A stretch of 64,000 bases of DNA from Harriotta raleighana (Eukaryota), in contig JBNZDD010013732.1 of NCBI GenBank assembly GCA_050575255.1, forward strand, positions 9,618,225 through 9,682,224, given 5' to 3'. Below the pieces are notes generated by a model. It worked only from the letters and a program-made list of their open reading frames with translations, was not told the DNA's origin and made no database searches. Position 1 is the first letter of the stretch; each line of letters begins with the position of its first letter. This document shows positions 32,755 through 46,092 of the stretch, in pieces. Both the position numbers and the translations under genes were made by a program.

Positions 32755-35180
32755 AAGCTCGTAAAACCAGTGATGCCCACAAAATTAAACAGGGTAGTTT
32801 CACATAAGCAAAACACACATTTTAGCCAAGTGCAGAGCACACAACTAGCTCAGCTTTAATAAAATGGTGATGGGAATTACCTTGTAGTCCCTGCACCTTT
32901 GGTCACCAATCTCCATGCCCCTGGCTCAGGCCCAGCATCCGTTATTGTGAAGCACTCTGAGACGCCATCCGGCATGGAGGGGCTATCAAAATCAAAGTTG
33001 CTGTTTTTGTTGTAGTGGCTCACAACAGCCTTGAACAACATCAGAATGTGGATCATATCAAAATGCATTGCCAGTTGCATGTGGCATTGAATTAAATAAC
33101 ATGCTCTTCACTTGTGAGTTTTGTGTTCTTTGTCTGCAGTGGGAAATCCCATTACAATCTTGGAATACAATGCTTTCTCGTGAACAGTGCTCACTGAATG
33201 ATGTGAAATTTAATGATTTTTTTCCTCTCTTCCTCAATAAATCGGGTGTGCAAACACCTTTTTATCAAGTCATTACATTCTAATTACGCTTATTCGCAGA
33301 AGAGGTGTTAAACATTAATCTGAATACCAGGAAGGTGTGGTTCCTGAAAAATCAGGAACAGCCTTCCATTCCGTATCCTGGCCTATTTTTGGAGTCTGTG
33401 CCTTCGAGAAATTGGCAATACTAAATCTGACTGCTCAGGCAACCAAGAGGGTTCTTATTAATGTATCCTATTCATTTTGCATACATCAGAAATGTAATAC
33501 CAAAATTTCTTCAAGTTTCTTTCATTCACCTTCTGTAAAAGTAGAGTACTAGCACAGCTGTGTTGTTAATAAGGTCATTTGACCAGTTAAAGGCTATTTC
33601 CCCCGATCACGAATTGTTTGCAAATGATAAGCTTGAGATGGTTAACAATGTGTCATTTATGATTGGTTTTATTTTTATCAGGTATTTATTTACCTGTGCC
33701 TCTGTCAAACATCAAAATGTTTCTCTGGATCTGTTACTGTTTAACATGCTTTTCTGTTATGCTGTTGATTTTGAATCCCTACGCATTGTCTTGCCATGCA
33801 CATTGCGAGTGAGATTCTGTGGATGTGTCAACAATGCTCATCCGAACTAACCAATGTGCTGAATGAATGAATGAATGGGTTCCAGTGAATGCTGTATCAT
33901 TAGCATTGAAGACACATACAATCCTTTTTGGAAATGTATTTATTTTTTACATTTTTTCAGCTATATATTAATATTTATTTCAAATGACATATGGAAAATA
34001 ATTACTTTGTTCACAAACTTATTTTCACATGTAAAATATTAAAAAGTGCCATATTGTAGAATCCATGTGGTGGTTTTTATTATGATGAAATTGTCTTAAC
34101 CTTCAGATATTTTGGTGAAATTTACTTTCTTGATTCAAAAGGATTTTCATGGTTTGACTGTTGTTTGAGAAATAGCAAATAATTGTTCTCAAGCAAATTT
34201 TCTTTATTATTGATGGTAATCTGTTTTAAAGAACAATTTTTAGCTTCATAGGGCACTACCTATGATCTGACGTCTCACATTATTTCAATGGATTGGGTAC
34301 CACAATGCATGATTGTATGCAGTGTTAAAGCTTAATTTGTTGAAGCTTAACTAACACTAACTTGTATTTTATTTACTACCCTGCAAATGGGGGAGCATCT
34401 CGGAGTGCTTTAGTTTATCACTCAGAAATAATTAGTTATTTGGTGCCTGTAGATTGATATCCCTGATCTGACTGCTCAACATATTTTTATGCAATGCCTA
34501 TAAAATGGTAGGACATGGATTTGTATCAGCCTCCCTATATTGAGATGCCAAACCAAGGGACAATTATTTTGTTAAACATCAGATGGAAGAGAGATGCCAA
34601 CCCAAGTAATCCACATGTCCAACAAACTAGCCAAAAGCGGCCATGCATTTGGCTGGTAAATGCTTCAGAGGGAACTACTGGAAACTTACAAAAAATGATC
34701 TTCAATCATTACGTTGGTTCAAACGTATCAAATTCAGTTTGTCTTGTGTTCGTGGGCACTATTTAGGTGTTTTGAAGTCTATTGCAGCTTCAGTGCACAA
34801 TGCCCAGTTGTCTGAATTACAGTACAGACCAATAATGTTCCATTTATACCCAACTCGCTTTGTATGGTACACACCACTCTCTCCCTTCCACCCCTCCAGC
34901 TGCTCATCCTCTGGTTCCCTGGTTAACATCCCTTCCTCATCTAAACTCACATACAAGATCACAACCTGAAATATTCTAATTATTTTCATCTTGTGAAGTA
35001 CTTTGAAATGCTTCAGAGCATTTCGCCTTCTTTTACACGAAAAGCAGCACAAAAATATAAATTGATAGGTTAAGATGCTGGATTTTAACAATCTTTTAAT
35101 TCCCAGCACCTACCTGCTGATGGAACGATGTGGTTGTAAAAGACAGTTTGCACACCTAATAATCTTCGTTAATTATTATC

Positions 35181-35570
35181 AGCCAGGCTCAGGGGGTAGC
35201 ACTCTTGTCTGTGGGTCAGGTGGCTGGGGTTCATAGTCTCAGATGACACTGATATATTGGGGAAGTGTTGCATTGTCGAGGGTGCCTTTCTTTGGATGAG
35301 ATAACAAACTGAACTCTCTGCCTGTTTAGGTGAAGGCTAACAACAACAACTAGTTACATTTAATATACTGCTCTTCATGCAGGGTAGCAGTTCGAAGCAC
35401 TCATGATCCCATGGTGCTGTTAAAAAAGAGAAGATAGTTTCTCTAAATGTTGTCGTCAATAATCCATATTTTAAATGGTTATCTGTGGGACATTGCTGTG
35501 TGTAAATTAGTTGTCAGATAGTCATGCTCAGTGTTGGAGGCACTATATTCAAATGCAAGGATAATGATTA
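35181..35570 (+). mobile_element. Deu-domain SINE with nested antisense L2-tail fragment (about 35340-35400)
   Basis: ggctcagggggtagcactcttgtctgtgggtcag..tgcattgtcgagggtgcc..tttggatgagat..ctgcctgtttaggtg..gatcccatggtgct..gtgggacattgctgtgtgtaaatt..aaatgcaaggataat. Confidence 0.65.
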
Positions 35571-35665
35571 CAATATTGTTGTACAGTATTAATCTTACCA
35601 AAAAATAACTTTCAGGTTATAACAATACACCTATGGGTAAGGCAATTAGAATATACTCAGTCGGT

Positions 35666-35852
35666 CATTTATATAGAGCCTTTCACGTCGGGAGGACGAC
35701 CCAAGGCGCTGTCCAGTCAAGTAGAGATCAGAGTCAGTGGTGGGGGAGGAGGGAGGGGGGTCGGGGGAAGGAAAGTAGGAAAAAATTGACTGTATATTTG
35801 TGGGCGAAATGCGGCAGCCAAATTGCACACATCAGTGTCCCACAAACAGTCG
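35666..35852 (-). mobile_element. Chimeric L2-tail/SINE-body element, second copy
   Basis: catttatatagagcctttcacgtcgggaggac..aaggcgctg, G-rich linker, taggaaaaaattgactgtatatttgtgggcgaaatgcggcagccaaattgc. Confidence 0.75.
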
Positions 35853-36071
35853 CAGAATTAGGGCCGGGGGAAATAGGGTTTTCTAGGTTCATTCTCTCCA
35901 AATCCAAGAGATTTTACTGTATTTGATTTCCATTGTCAATATTCTTGTCAGTTATAGTGACAGAATTAGGGCCGGGGGAAATAGGGTTTTCTAGGTTCAT
36001 TCTCTCCAAATCCAAGAGATTTTACTGTATTTGATTTCCATTGTCAATATTCTTGTCAGTTATAGTGACAG
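35853..36071. repeat. Perfect 108-bp tandem duplication
   Basis: cagaattagggccggggg...gttatagtga starts at 35853 and at 35961. Confidence 0.9.
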
Positions 36072-37559
36072 CCTTCCGAGCACCATTATGCCATTTCATC
36101 CTGATTATATTTTTAATTTCTCAGTAGAATAGATTAAATACATCCAGAAATGTGTTTCTTTTTTAAAGCTTGCAGGTTTTCAGTGCCTAAATGTGCAGCC
36201 TAAGTTCTGAACAAAAAAAATCTCCTATACCTGGAAGAATTGGTCAAAGCAAGTTGTGTCTAATTCTGCTTCAAATAAACCAGTGTCTCAAAGTTTTGAC
36301 TGTTAAGAATATAATGTTTACGTTAAACATCTTTCAAGCTTCCAAATCAAAACGCAGTCATANGATGAGCCTGTATACAGAGTGGGTCAAAGCAAGTTGT
36401 GTCTAATTCTGCTTCAAATAAACCAGTGTCTCAAAGTTTTGACTGTTAAGAATATAATGTTTACGTTAAACATCTTTCAAGCTTCCAAATCAAAACGCAG
36501 TCATACGATTAAAAAGATTAATAGCACTGTGAGCAAATATGTTTTCAATAAATTAAGTAATCCTGAAACAGTTTGTTTACATGTTACTTCTAGTTAATGT
36601 CAGTCGATGAGGCCAGGTGACACAGCAGGCGTCCGTACTAATGCCCCTTGTCAAGGAGTGGTGAGGCATGAGAATGCACCCAAATTTCCCTCTGGGATGA
36701 AATGTCAATTTCAATCAGACTTGGCTGGTGAAGGGAGCAGCGAAGTTGTAGTAACCTTTGAAACAGAGAGGAAAAATAGGAGGAAGAGATGGCCCACATT
36801 GCTTTGTTGGTTGTCCGGACCCCAAAGAATGGGAACAGCACTTGTAAAGTGGAAACAAAATTAGAACGATATCATAATTTCATAAAGTCTGTATCAATTG
36901 GTGTAAAAACTGCACAGTCAATATCTGAAATTTTCTGAAACCGGATTTGTTTGTTTGCTTGCTTGCTTGTCCTTGTGCCAGAACAAAATCAGGGACTTTT
37001 ATCCATCCAAAATTTATGCCATTTACTCGACTAACTCAGTCTCCTCTACTTGATCTCCACCATTCTTGTTCTATCCAATCCCTTCCTCATACCCACACCT
37101 CCTGCATGGAGTTTCTCAACATTTACCCCTAGCTTTCATCTGCTGTAGAAAATTGTAACAGAAGTCTATACTATTTATCATTTTATCATATGTTTCCAGA
37201 TCATTATTCCATTTTTGATTTTATTATTCATCTTGGATTCCGTGATTCAGGTGGATGAAAAAGGACCAATCTGCCTTTTCTAATTCAAAGAAATGTGGAG
37301 TCTTTCACCAAGTTATCCTGGTTTATATTTACCTATTCAGATTCGCCCCCAAATTCAAATATTTGGCTGCTCTATTTATTAGATGCTGCTGACCAAAGTT
37401 TATATAAGACCTTTTACTTAATTTATGGTACTAGATATTTTATCAAGCACTTTAAAACATCTATTTTTATGTGAAAGACACTATATAAATAAACTTATTA
37501 TTACTGTATTATCTTTATTATTGTGAACCTTACTACCTGTTCCCTTCACCCTCTGCCAC

Positions 37560-38300
37560 CTGAGCTAGCACATGCGATCCATAATTGTCAGCCTCTTCTT
37601 ATCCTCAATGTCCCATTTGAATCCCCATACTGCCTTTGATCCTGTTGATCTCTCTGTTTCAATTATTGCCTTTCTTCCTTGGCAATTTGATTCCATGGTT
37701 TCAGTTATTCCCAATGTCATCAATTCCATCTCCTCCAATGGCTTCTCATCTTGTGTCCCTGCATGCTCTTACCTTGTTCCACTTCTGCTCTTAATCGAAA
37801 TGCAGATCCATGGCAACATCATCCATAAGTATGTGATTGTGATGACGATACCTATCCACTCATAGTCTTATAATCCAGGATTGCTGATATGTCTGCAGCC
37901 AACCTGTTTGATTCACACCACCACTCACATGCCTGTGGCTAATAAAAAGCCTGAACTAGGTGCTGGGCAACCTATACTTAACCTTGAGTTGAGTTTCAAG
38001 CCACATCCAGTCTATTGCAAAGACCACACTCTTCCTCCTCTAGAACATTGCACTTTTATATCATGAGCACAGATCCTTGCTTTCACCACCTCAACGATAG
38101 ATTGTTTTCAATGCTCTCCTCACCATGCTTAAGAGCTCCATTCTCCAGCTTTAAATGATCTAGACCTCTTACCCCGAGTTCTCTCCTAATCAGGCAGCAA
38201 ACAACTGTTACTCTCAACCTTGTTACATTCCATTGACTCCTCTTATCTCGGAAGACTGCATTTAAGATCTTTGTCCTGGTACAATGCCTTAGCCCTTTCC
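37560..38300 (+). mobile_element. Highly degraded LINE/L2 (RT region to C-terminus)
   Basis: gcctttgatcctgttgatc (AFDTVDH-like), catctcctccaatggcttctc, ggcaacatcatcc, tttaagatctttgtcctgg; pyrimidine-rich like the other L2 copies. Confidence 0.5.
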
Positions 38301-38303
38301 ACT

Positions 38304-39103
38304 ATAAAAGAACATAAGAATTACGAGCAGGAGTACGCCATTCGGCTCTTCGAGCCTGCCCTGCCATTCAATAAGATCATGGCTGATCTTCTGACCTAAC
38401 TCTAATTACCGGCCCTACACACATATCTCCTAATCCCTCTATTTTAAAAAAAAATCTAACAGTTTTAGCCCTTGAAAATCTTCAAGGACAGCATCTACAG
38501 CCCTCTGAGTGAAGAAATGTTTCCNCACACATATCTCCTAATCCCTCTATTTTTTTAAAAAACTAACAGTTTTAGCCCTTGAAAATCTTCAACGACAGCA
38601 TCTACAGCCCTCTGAGTGAAGAAATGTTTCCTCAACTCTGTTCTAAAAGGCTGACCCTTAATTTTAAGACTGTGACCCCTATTTATAGATTCTCCTACCA
38701 GGGGAAACAGTCCCTTAATGTCTACTTTATCCAGCCCTTTAAGAATCTTATATATTTCAATAAGATCCCCCCTAATTCTTCTGTACTCTAAAGAATACAG
38801 CCTAAGTTTATTCAACCTATCCTCATAGGTCAGTCCCCTCATCCCAGGAACTAACCTAGTGAATCTATGCTGCACCCCCTCTAAGGCAAGTATGTCCTTT
38901 GTTAAATAAGACCAAAACTGCACACAATACTCTAGGTGCGGTCTCACCAAAGTCCTATACAGTTGCACCAAGACTTCCCTACTTTTGTACTCTAAACCTT
39001 TTGAAATGAAGGCCAGCATGCCGTTCGCCTTCTTAGTTGCTTGCTACACCTGCAAACTAACTTTTTGAGACTGGTGTACAAGGACATCCAAATCCCTTTG
39101 AAT
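38304..39103 (-). mobile_element. LINE/CR1 3' fragment
   Basis: ORF 38555-39019 MLAFISKGLEYKSREVLVQLYRTLVRPHLEYCVQFWS...RGDLIEIYKIL...RGHSLK...FFTQR; 3' tail (minus strand) ...ctcctgctcgtaattcttatgttctt; contains an N-linked duplication at 38525. Confidence 0.92.
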
Positions 39104-40027
39104 ACTGTACCAAGAGAATGGGGGACATCATTGTGAAGACTTTATTCCCATACTGGCATTCCCAATTAGCATCCAGGCTCTGCATCTGCCGCAACAGCTT
39201 GGAACTTTTATAATTAATTTACTGGAGTCACAGTAAGAACACAGTGTACAATAGGTTATTCTAGGATTCTTATAAAGAGTTACATATCAGTGAATCTAAT
39301 TAGGAAAATATTGGGGTTTCGATCCTTTCTATCTCTCAAATAGGCTGGGAATAGGCAGATAAGGAATTTAAAACTAGGTACTGTACGCATAAAAAGATCT
39401 CACTTCATTTGTAGCCAGGATGAAAAGGCAAAGTAGAATATCTGGATGAAATAAAGTTGAAAGCCTGACCAAGCTGGTCATATTATTTAAAGGAATAAAT
39501 TATGTACCCTATTTAGATGTGTAGCGATGTTACTGTGTCCTAAAAAAAGTCTTGAAAGCCATGAAACAATCTGTATTTACCTGAAGATTTTAAATTTACT
39601 ACTGCCTTTTTCACCCATCTTAATAAGAATCTCTGCTGAAACATGACAGTGCTAGGATACAATATATTTTTTTATTTTCGCCTGTTTGTTGCATTATAAC
39701 TTTCTTGCATTAAAAACTAAGCTTTACCTGAAAAATGTTTTTGGTTTAAGTCAGTTGAATGGCAGTTGTTCGGTCAGGTTTTTGTTACTTTGTCATGTTC
39801 AATCATCATGGCTTGGAGTCTGACTTATAAACGAACAAAGAACACATCAAGTGTAAGACATGGCTCTTTGAAGCATATGAAAACCCTAAAATCTAAAGAT
39901 TAAAATTAAAGCAATGCGGAATTGAACTTTAAAAAATATGTGATTATTCTTTGTACACTCAAAAAATGAAACCAAATTCTGATATGATTCTTGGTCACCT
40001 AGAATTGTTGCATTTGATGCAACAGAT

Positions 40028-41052
40028 GAGGTGTGCAGCGGTGTCCCCCAAGGATCAGTATTGAGACCACTGCTCTTTCTAATATATATTAATGATATGG
40101 ACTTGGGCAAAGAGAGCACTATTTCCAAGTTTGCAGATGATACAAAGTTAGGTAGGGTAGTAAATGGTGAGGAGGACTGTAACCAACTGCAAGCAGACAT
40201 ATATGGAATGGTGGAATGGGCTGACATGTGGCAGATAGATTTCAATGTGGATAAGTGTGAGGTGATACTCTTAGGTAGGAAAAATGATAGGAGGCAATAT
40301 AGACTTGGTAGCTCAATCTTAAGGGGGGTGAACGTACAGAGAGATCTGAGTGTTCAAGTAAGTGAATCATTAAAGGTAGCAGGGCAGGTAGATAAGGCAG
40401 TAAAAAAGGCATTTGGTGTACTGAGCTTTATTAGTAGGGGCCTAGAGTTTAAGAGTAGGGAAGTTATGGTTAATCTATACAAAACACTGGTTAGGCCTCA
40501 GCTGGAGTACTGCGTCCAGTTCTGGGCACCTTACTTCAGGAAGGACATTAAGGCACTGGAAAGGGTGCAGAAGCGATTCACAAGAATGATTCCAGGAATG
40601 GGAAACCTTAGCTATGAGGACAGACTGGAGAAGTTAGGACTTTTCCCATTAGAGCAAAGAAGGTTACGCGGGGACCTGATAGAGGTCTTCAAGATCATGA
40701 AAGGGTTTTGACAGGCTGGATAGGGAAAAGCTGTTTCCGCTGGTAGGTGTGTCTGTGAGCCGAGGTCACAGTCTTAAGGTATCTACCCCAGAGGGGAAGT
40801 TATAAAAAAAAAATTCACTCAGAGAGTTGTTCGAATTTGGAATGATCTGCCTGAAAGGGTAGTGAGGTCCAATTCGATAGCAGCTTTTAAGAGAGAACTG
40901 GATAGGTATCTGGGGAAGAACGGTTTGCAGGGTTATGGGGAGAAAGCTGGTAATTGGGGTTAATGAAAGTGACATTGCTCTGTCAAAGAGCCGGCACAGA
41001 CTCGATGGGCTGAATGGCCTCCTTCTGTGCTGTAACCTTCTATGAATCTATT
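40028..41052 (+). mobile_element. LINE/CR1 5'-truncated copy (RT motifs to 3' tail)
   Basis: GVPQGSVL.PLLFLIYINDMD, KFADDTKL, LYKTLVRPQLEYCVQFWAP, RGDLIEVFKI; frameshift near 40705; tail gatgggctgaatggcctccttctgtgctgtaa..ttctatga. Confidence 0.95.
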
Positions 41053-41293
41053 AATCACTCAGATCTTACACTGGCTAAAGACAGTGTTTTTTTTCGTGGG
41101 GAAGGTAGGGGGTGAGTTCCAGAACTCAGCATTAATGTTGGCCTAGTAGAGCTTGGGTGTGGTTGCAAGTTCCACTGAGTTGTTTTAGAACATTCTTTAT
41201 TTCATAAAAAATGCATATCTTTGGTCGTCTAGTTTCTTCCTCTTTTCCTCTTCTATCCGATAAGTATTTCCTTCCCTCCTTTCCCGAAGGCAT

Positions 41294-41590
41294 ATAATAA
41301 TAATCCTTGCATTTGTTATTGTGTTTTTCACGTCTTCTAGACATCTCAAAGCGCTACACGGAATATACTGTAAAGTGAATTGACTGTATATTTTGTGGGC
41401 GAAATGCGGGGTCCAATTGCGCATAGCAGTGTCCCACAAACAGTCGTGGATTGAAAGGACCAATTTATTGTTGTTTTTTTTGGAGGTATTTATTATCAGG
41501 CATGTGGAGTAAGGAAACTTGCCCAAGGTTTCGCCCTGATCTGCCTGGAATTGAACCCAGGTATCTCTCGTGTGAGGCGAGTGCTCTAAC
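41294..41590 (-). mobile_element. tRNA-derived SINE
   Basis: ataataataatccttgcatttg...ggagtaaggaaacttgcccaaggtttcgccctgatctg...gagtgctctaac. Confidence 0.9.
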
Positions 41591-42307
41591 ATACAAGAGA
41601 TGAATTCTGATGCTTAAGCAGCAATGTAATCAATTCCTGCATGTTGTCACATCTCCTGAATATTTGGGAGTGCATTTTTGACAAATAGAACTTGTTGGGG
41701 TTTTTAGTGAAATCGTATTTGCAAAAACAGGTACATAAGACACTGGATTGTGCAGTCATCAGAGGCCTGTCCATCTTCTCCACCTGGAAGAATATTATCA
41801 TTTGTCATAACTGTTGGAAACACATTAAAAAACGAAGAGAATCTGACGAAATTCTGAGCAGAAAGTTAAGAGAAACGATTAGTAAATAGAATTAATTTGG
41901 TAAGGAAAAGAAGAGCCATATTCAAAAGACCAGTGTTTCCAGTAAATCAATGGAATGTTATTTTACAAACTCCAACTATTTACTTGGATTGACAGAAATG
42001 CATTGGCTCCTTGAAATTCTGTGACACAAACGTGCAGTGTCCTTGTCAAGTTACACCTGGAATAACTACAGTTCTGGTCACTGTGACATAAATGGACCGG
42101 CTGGACTAATTAACTCNTCAGTGTCCTTGTCAAGTTACACCTGGAATAACTGTGTACAGTTCTGGTCACTGTGACATAAATGGACCGGCTGGACTAATTA
42201 ACTCTGGAATGAACTATCATGATTGATAGTTAAATCCAGTACACTAGTCACATTTCAGAATCAGCTTGATGCAGCAATGGGAATATATTGGAGTGGATAA
42301 TATTATT

Positions 42308-42610
42308 ATAATAATAATCCTTGCATTTGATATTGCACTTTACAGGTCTTCTAGACGTCTCAAAGCATTTCACAGAATATACTGTGAAATGAATTGACTG
42401 TGTATTTGTAGGAGAAATGCAGCAGCTGATTGCACATTGCAGTGTCCCACAAACAGTTGTGGATTGAAGGGAACAATTTTTTTTCTCTCGAGGGATTCTT
42501 ATCAGGTGTGTGGAGGAAGAAAACTTGCCCAGGGTTTTGCACTGCTGGGAATCAAATCCAGATCTCTCGCTTGTGAGGCGAGTGCTGTGACCACTGAGCC
42601 ACAGGACTCC
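42308..42610 (-). mobile_element. tRNA-derived SINE, full length
   Basis: ataataataatccttgcatttga...ccactgagccacaggactcc. Confidence 0.9.
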
Positions 42611-44298
42611 ACATAATTCCTGTAGGATAATATCATCCTTGCATTTGATATATATCATAAAAATTAACAATGATCATAAGAGCATGTCATCTCTTAAAAT
42701 GATCCGAGAAGCCAACTGCCGTGAAAGGTGCTTATAAACTGTGGTTGTTGTTTGTGGTGGTAGTGGTGCATGACATGAAAACTAATCCAGAGGGGAGAAA
42801 TACCTTTTCAAATGAAGGGAAAAACATTTTTTGTTGTGTCTTCTCTGTTGATGTACTCATGGAGATGGAAAAGCTGGACATTTCAAGGGATGAGCTATGC
42901 CAATTTGACCATTTGGATTCTGCCATGTTATTATTGTATATTTGAGGTAAAATGCACAGGAAATAATCAGTACCCTACCTGGATATTATTTAAAGGTAAC
43001 TTGTTGAGTACTTTGATTTGTTATGTTGAGATGAGAGTAGATATTAAATCCTGAAAGTACACATATCAATATCCCAGTCAAATTGCTCATTTGACTTGTC
43101 CATATTTTTTAAACTTCAAATTCGTAAACCACATGAGTCTACGTTAGCTCACAGATGAATGTGGAATGTGGAATAAAGGAAAACAGTTCACCAAAAATAT
43201 ATTGCTGTCAGTATTTAGCAGTGCTGTTTGGATTGTGGGGAGAAAGGTAACGTTTAAAATCATCAGTCTACAATTCCAGTAAAAGTTGTTTAGAAGTTCA
43301 GTTGGAGATGAAAAGCTTGTGTAAAATCAGTGGGATTTACAGTGTCAGTTAGTACATGTAAACAATCTGTAAATATGCGTGAATATGTGCACAGAAGGAA
43401 TTATAGGTCCCCTAAGTTACGCATTACCACTAAAATGGATTTATAGATCACCCATGACATACATGAGCCTGGGCACACATGTGACAAATAGTGCAGTGGC
43501 TGAAAACACCTCGCTGTATTAGGTCCGTAATGATCAACGATGTTAACTCAGCAGAAGTTTTCTGGCAAAAGAGACAAGTGTTAAAAGTATTCCATAAATA
43601 CTGCAATCCACTGCAACATATTGAAGTTGTTCATGCATTATTCTTCACCCTTTTCTCAATGGTTAACTAAACTTTTCTATTCCGTTGATAATTAATTTAA
43701 CGTTGAGGTTGAGTTCCTCGTGTGGAACATCAGTTATTTGCCATAGTGGCAAGAGGTATCATTCCTCCATGGATAATCAAGCTTCCATTGAAATGTCATG
43801 AAATTTTGTTTAAATCGATGTTAAAACCTTGTGAATATGAAGTACAGTAGCTTTAAATGTTAAATGAAACCTACTCAAACGTTATTGCCTAGAGGAAAAT
43901 ACAGCTACAAACCTTTAAACTTATGCTGCAAGCATGTTTATCAATATTGTGTTGAAATGCAGTCGTATATTGAAGGAGATGTAATTGTCAGGAGCTGTCA
44001 GGAGCAAATTTGTAAACACAGGTGGATTGCTGGGAGCAGCAACAAGATGGTGGAGCAGACTTGTGGTTGCTGAGAATTGCATTAGGGAGATGAATAGTTT
44101 ATCCAACCTCCCAATTCTGGCGGATAATCACAATGAGTATAGTTGCGGTTTTATTGCAGATTGAAATAATGCTCTGTAACACATAAAGCATGCAACGTGT
44201 CACATTAAGGGTTTCGAGATATTAAAAAAAAGAATTATTGCATTTGATATCACAGCTTATCATGTCAGTAAAATATCTCAAAGAGCTTCATGTGGTTT

Positions 44299-45320
44299 AC
44301 AATAACAAAAACAACAACATTACATTGGTATAGTGCTTTTCACATCGGGAGGACATCCCAAGGCACTGGATAGACAGTGTTCTGGACCCTAGCTGGGAGT
44401 AGGGATCAGAGAGGGTGGTGCAAGGCCATGAAGGGCTTTGAAGATAAGGACCGGGATCTTGAACTGTATCCTCTGAGAGATGGAGAGCCAGTGGGATCGG
44501 GCGAGGGTAGGGGTGATATGGTCATGGAGGCTAGTGCGGGAGAGGACACAAGCTGCAGAGTTCTGGATGAGGCAGTTTGTTCAGGGAGCAGTTGGGGAGA
44601 CTCACAAGCAAGAGTTTGCATAGTTAAGTCCTCCCGACGTGAAAGGCACTCTATAAATGTAATTTTGTTGTTGTTGTTGTTGTTGTTGATGATATGAATG
44701 CATGTGTGAGAGTTTCATCAACCGGCAGTGTGAGACAGTGAGACAGAGCCAGGTAATGTTGGGGAGGTGGGAGCAGGCAGAGCAGGTCATGGCACGGATG
44801 TGGAGTTGAATGGATAGTTGAGTGTTGAACAAAATGCCAAGTTCTGGACCGACTTAGTGAGATGGAGTGCGCATCCATAGATGGTGAGCACCTGAGATAT
44901 GGAGTTGCTGATGAGAGCCAATCAGGAGGGTCTTATTGATGTTCCACTGAAGAACGTTAGCTCTCATCCAGTACTGATGTCTGACAGATATTCTGTCATA
45001 ACTGCAGTGGTCCAGGAGTCACGGGTGGAGGCAGAGAGATACAATTGGGTGTCATCCGCATACATGTGGAAGTTGACCCCATGTCTGCGGATGATGTCAC
45101 CAAAAGGGAGCATGTAGATGTTGAAGAGGAGGGGACCAAGGAGAGAGCCCTGAGGAACACTGCATAAGACAATATAGGGGTTAGAGGAGAAACTGTTTGT
45201 GGAGATGAAGTGGAGGCGTTATGAGAGGTATGAACTCCACCATTCGAGGATAGTACCATGAAGGTTGAGGTGATAAGAGAGGCGGTGGATGAGGATGAGT
45301 GGTTAACGATGTCGCATCCA
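44299..45320 (-). mobile_element. LINE/L2 fragment including RT motifs, interrupted by a sense L2 tail (about 44628-44692)
   Basis: Minus strand encodes [12 protein letters not shown] and [14 protein letters not shown]; tail at 44299-44370; inserted gtcctcccgacgtgaaaggc...(ttg)n on the + strand. Confidence 0.85.
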
Positions 45321-45539
45321 GCAGAGCACTTACTGTAGACTATAATGATTGTGTATTTTAGAAGTGAAAATGACAGCTAACTTGTGCACAACAATGCCCC
45401 ACAAAACTCTCATGAAATGAATAATCAATTTTATCTGAGGGATAGTTAGTTTTAATGTCTCATCAACTTTCTGTCCCAGAGGTGAGAGGGTCACTAACTG
45501 AGCCAAGCTGGCATCTAAGTTGACTATCTTGATCATATA

Positions 45540-46052
45540 GTTATCAGGGAGTCTTATCACCTTGGAAACAGCTGCACAAGACAAAACTGCTGAGTGAAGT
45601 TGACATCTGAAATTCATTTGGAAATGTTCCTAATCATTGCCCTTTAATGGCAGCAGTTCAATCAATGGCAAGGAATGAATATCCTTGGGTAACAAGATGC
45701 AGAGATATGAATTCAACTGGCTGCATCTGTGATTTTAGTGAGAACCTATATCAGAAATTCTTTGATCCCTGAGCAAGGCAGGACAAACGTATTCCAGGGC
45801 ATTGCTGATGATAGCACAGCCAGTCTGCATCATTGGCCGGACCTGAAAGGGCAGACCAGTCACTGGGGACAGAGAATCCTCCCACTCAGCTTCTGTTAAC
45901 CCTAATAGTCAAAGCCCTCATGGGTAGGGTGGTCCTAGATGGACAGTCGTTGGGAAAGCTTGCCAGACAATATCAAGCTCCGCAGTTTTAGCTGGATAGA
46001 TACCAGCAGTACCCTAATGCACACTCTGGGGTCCCCAAGCCTTGGCTCTTGC
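45540..46052 (-). repeat. Unclassified ancient dispersed repeat, copy B
   Basis: Reverse complement aligns by eye with 5570-5850 clearly and with 5850-6050 weakly. Confidence 0.6.
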
Positions 46053-46092
46053 TGATCTGTGCTTTGTACTTTCTGGAATGAGGTAAACAAGA

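Noticed and set aside
36242-36504. About 120-bp direct repeat around the single N at 36363
   Set aside because: Near-identical duplication flanking an N is typical of unmerged contig overlaps.
38418-38630. Duplication within CR1 around the N at 38525
   Set aside because: Same N-linked overlap or haplotype artefact.
40031-40711. 226-aa RT-like ORF as a host gene or active LINE
   Set aside because: 5'-truncated CR1 with no endonuclease or early RT motifs and a downstream frameshift.
42035-42205. About 85-bp direct repeat around the N at 42117
   Set aside because: Assembly artefact (allelic overlap with a small indel).
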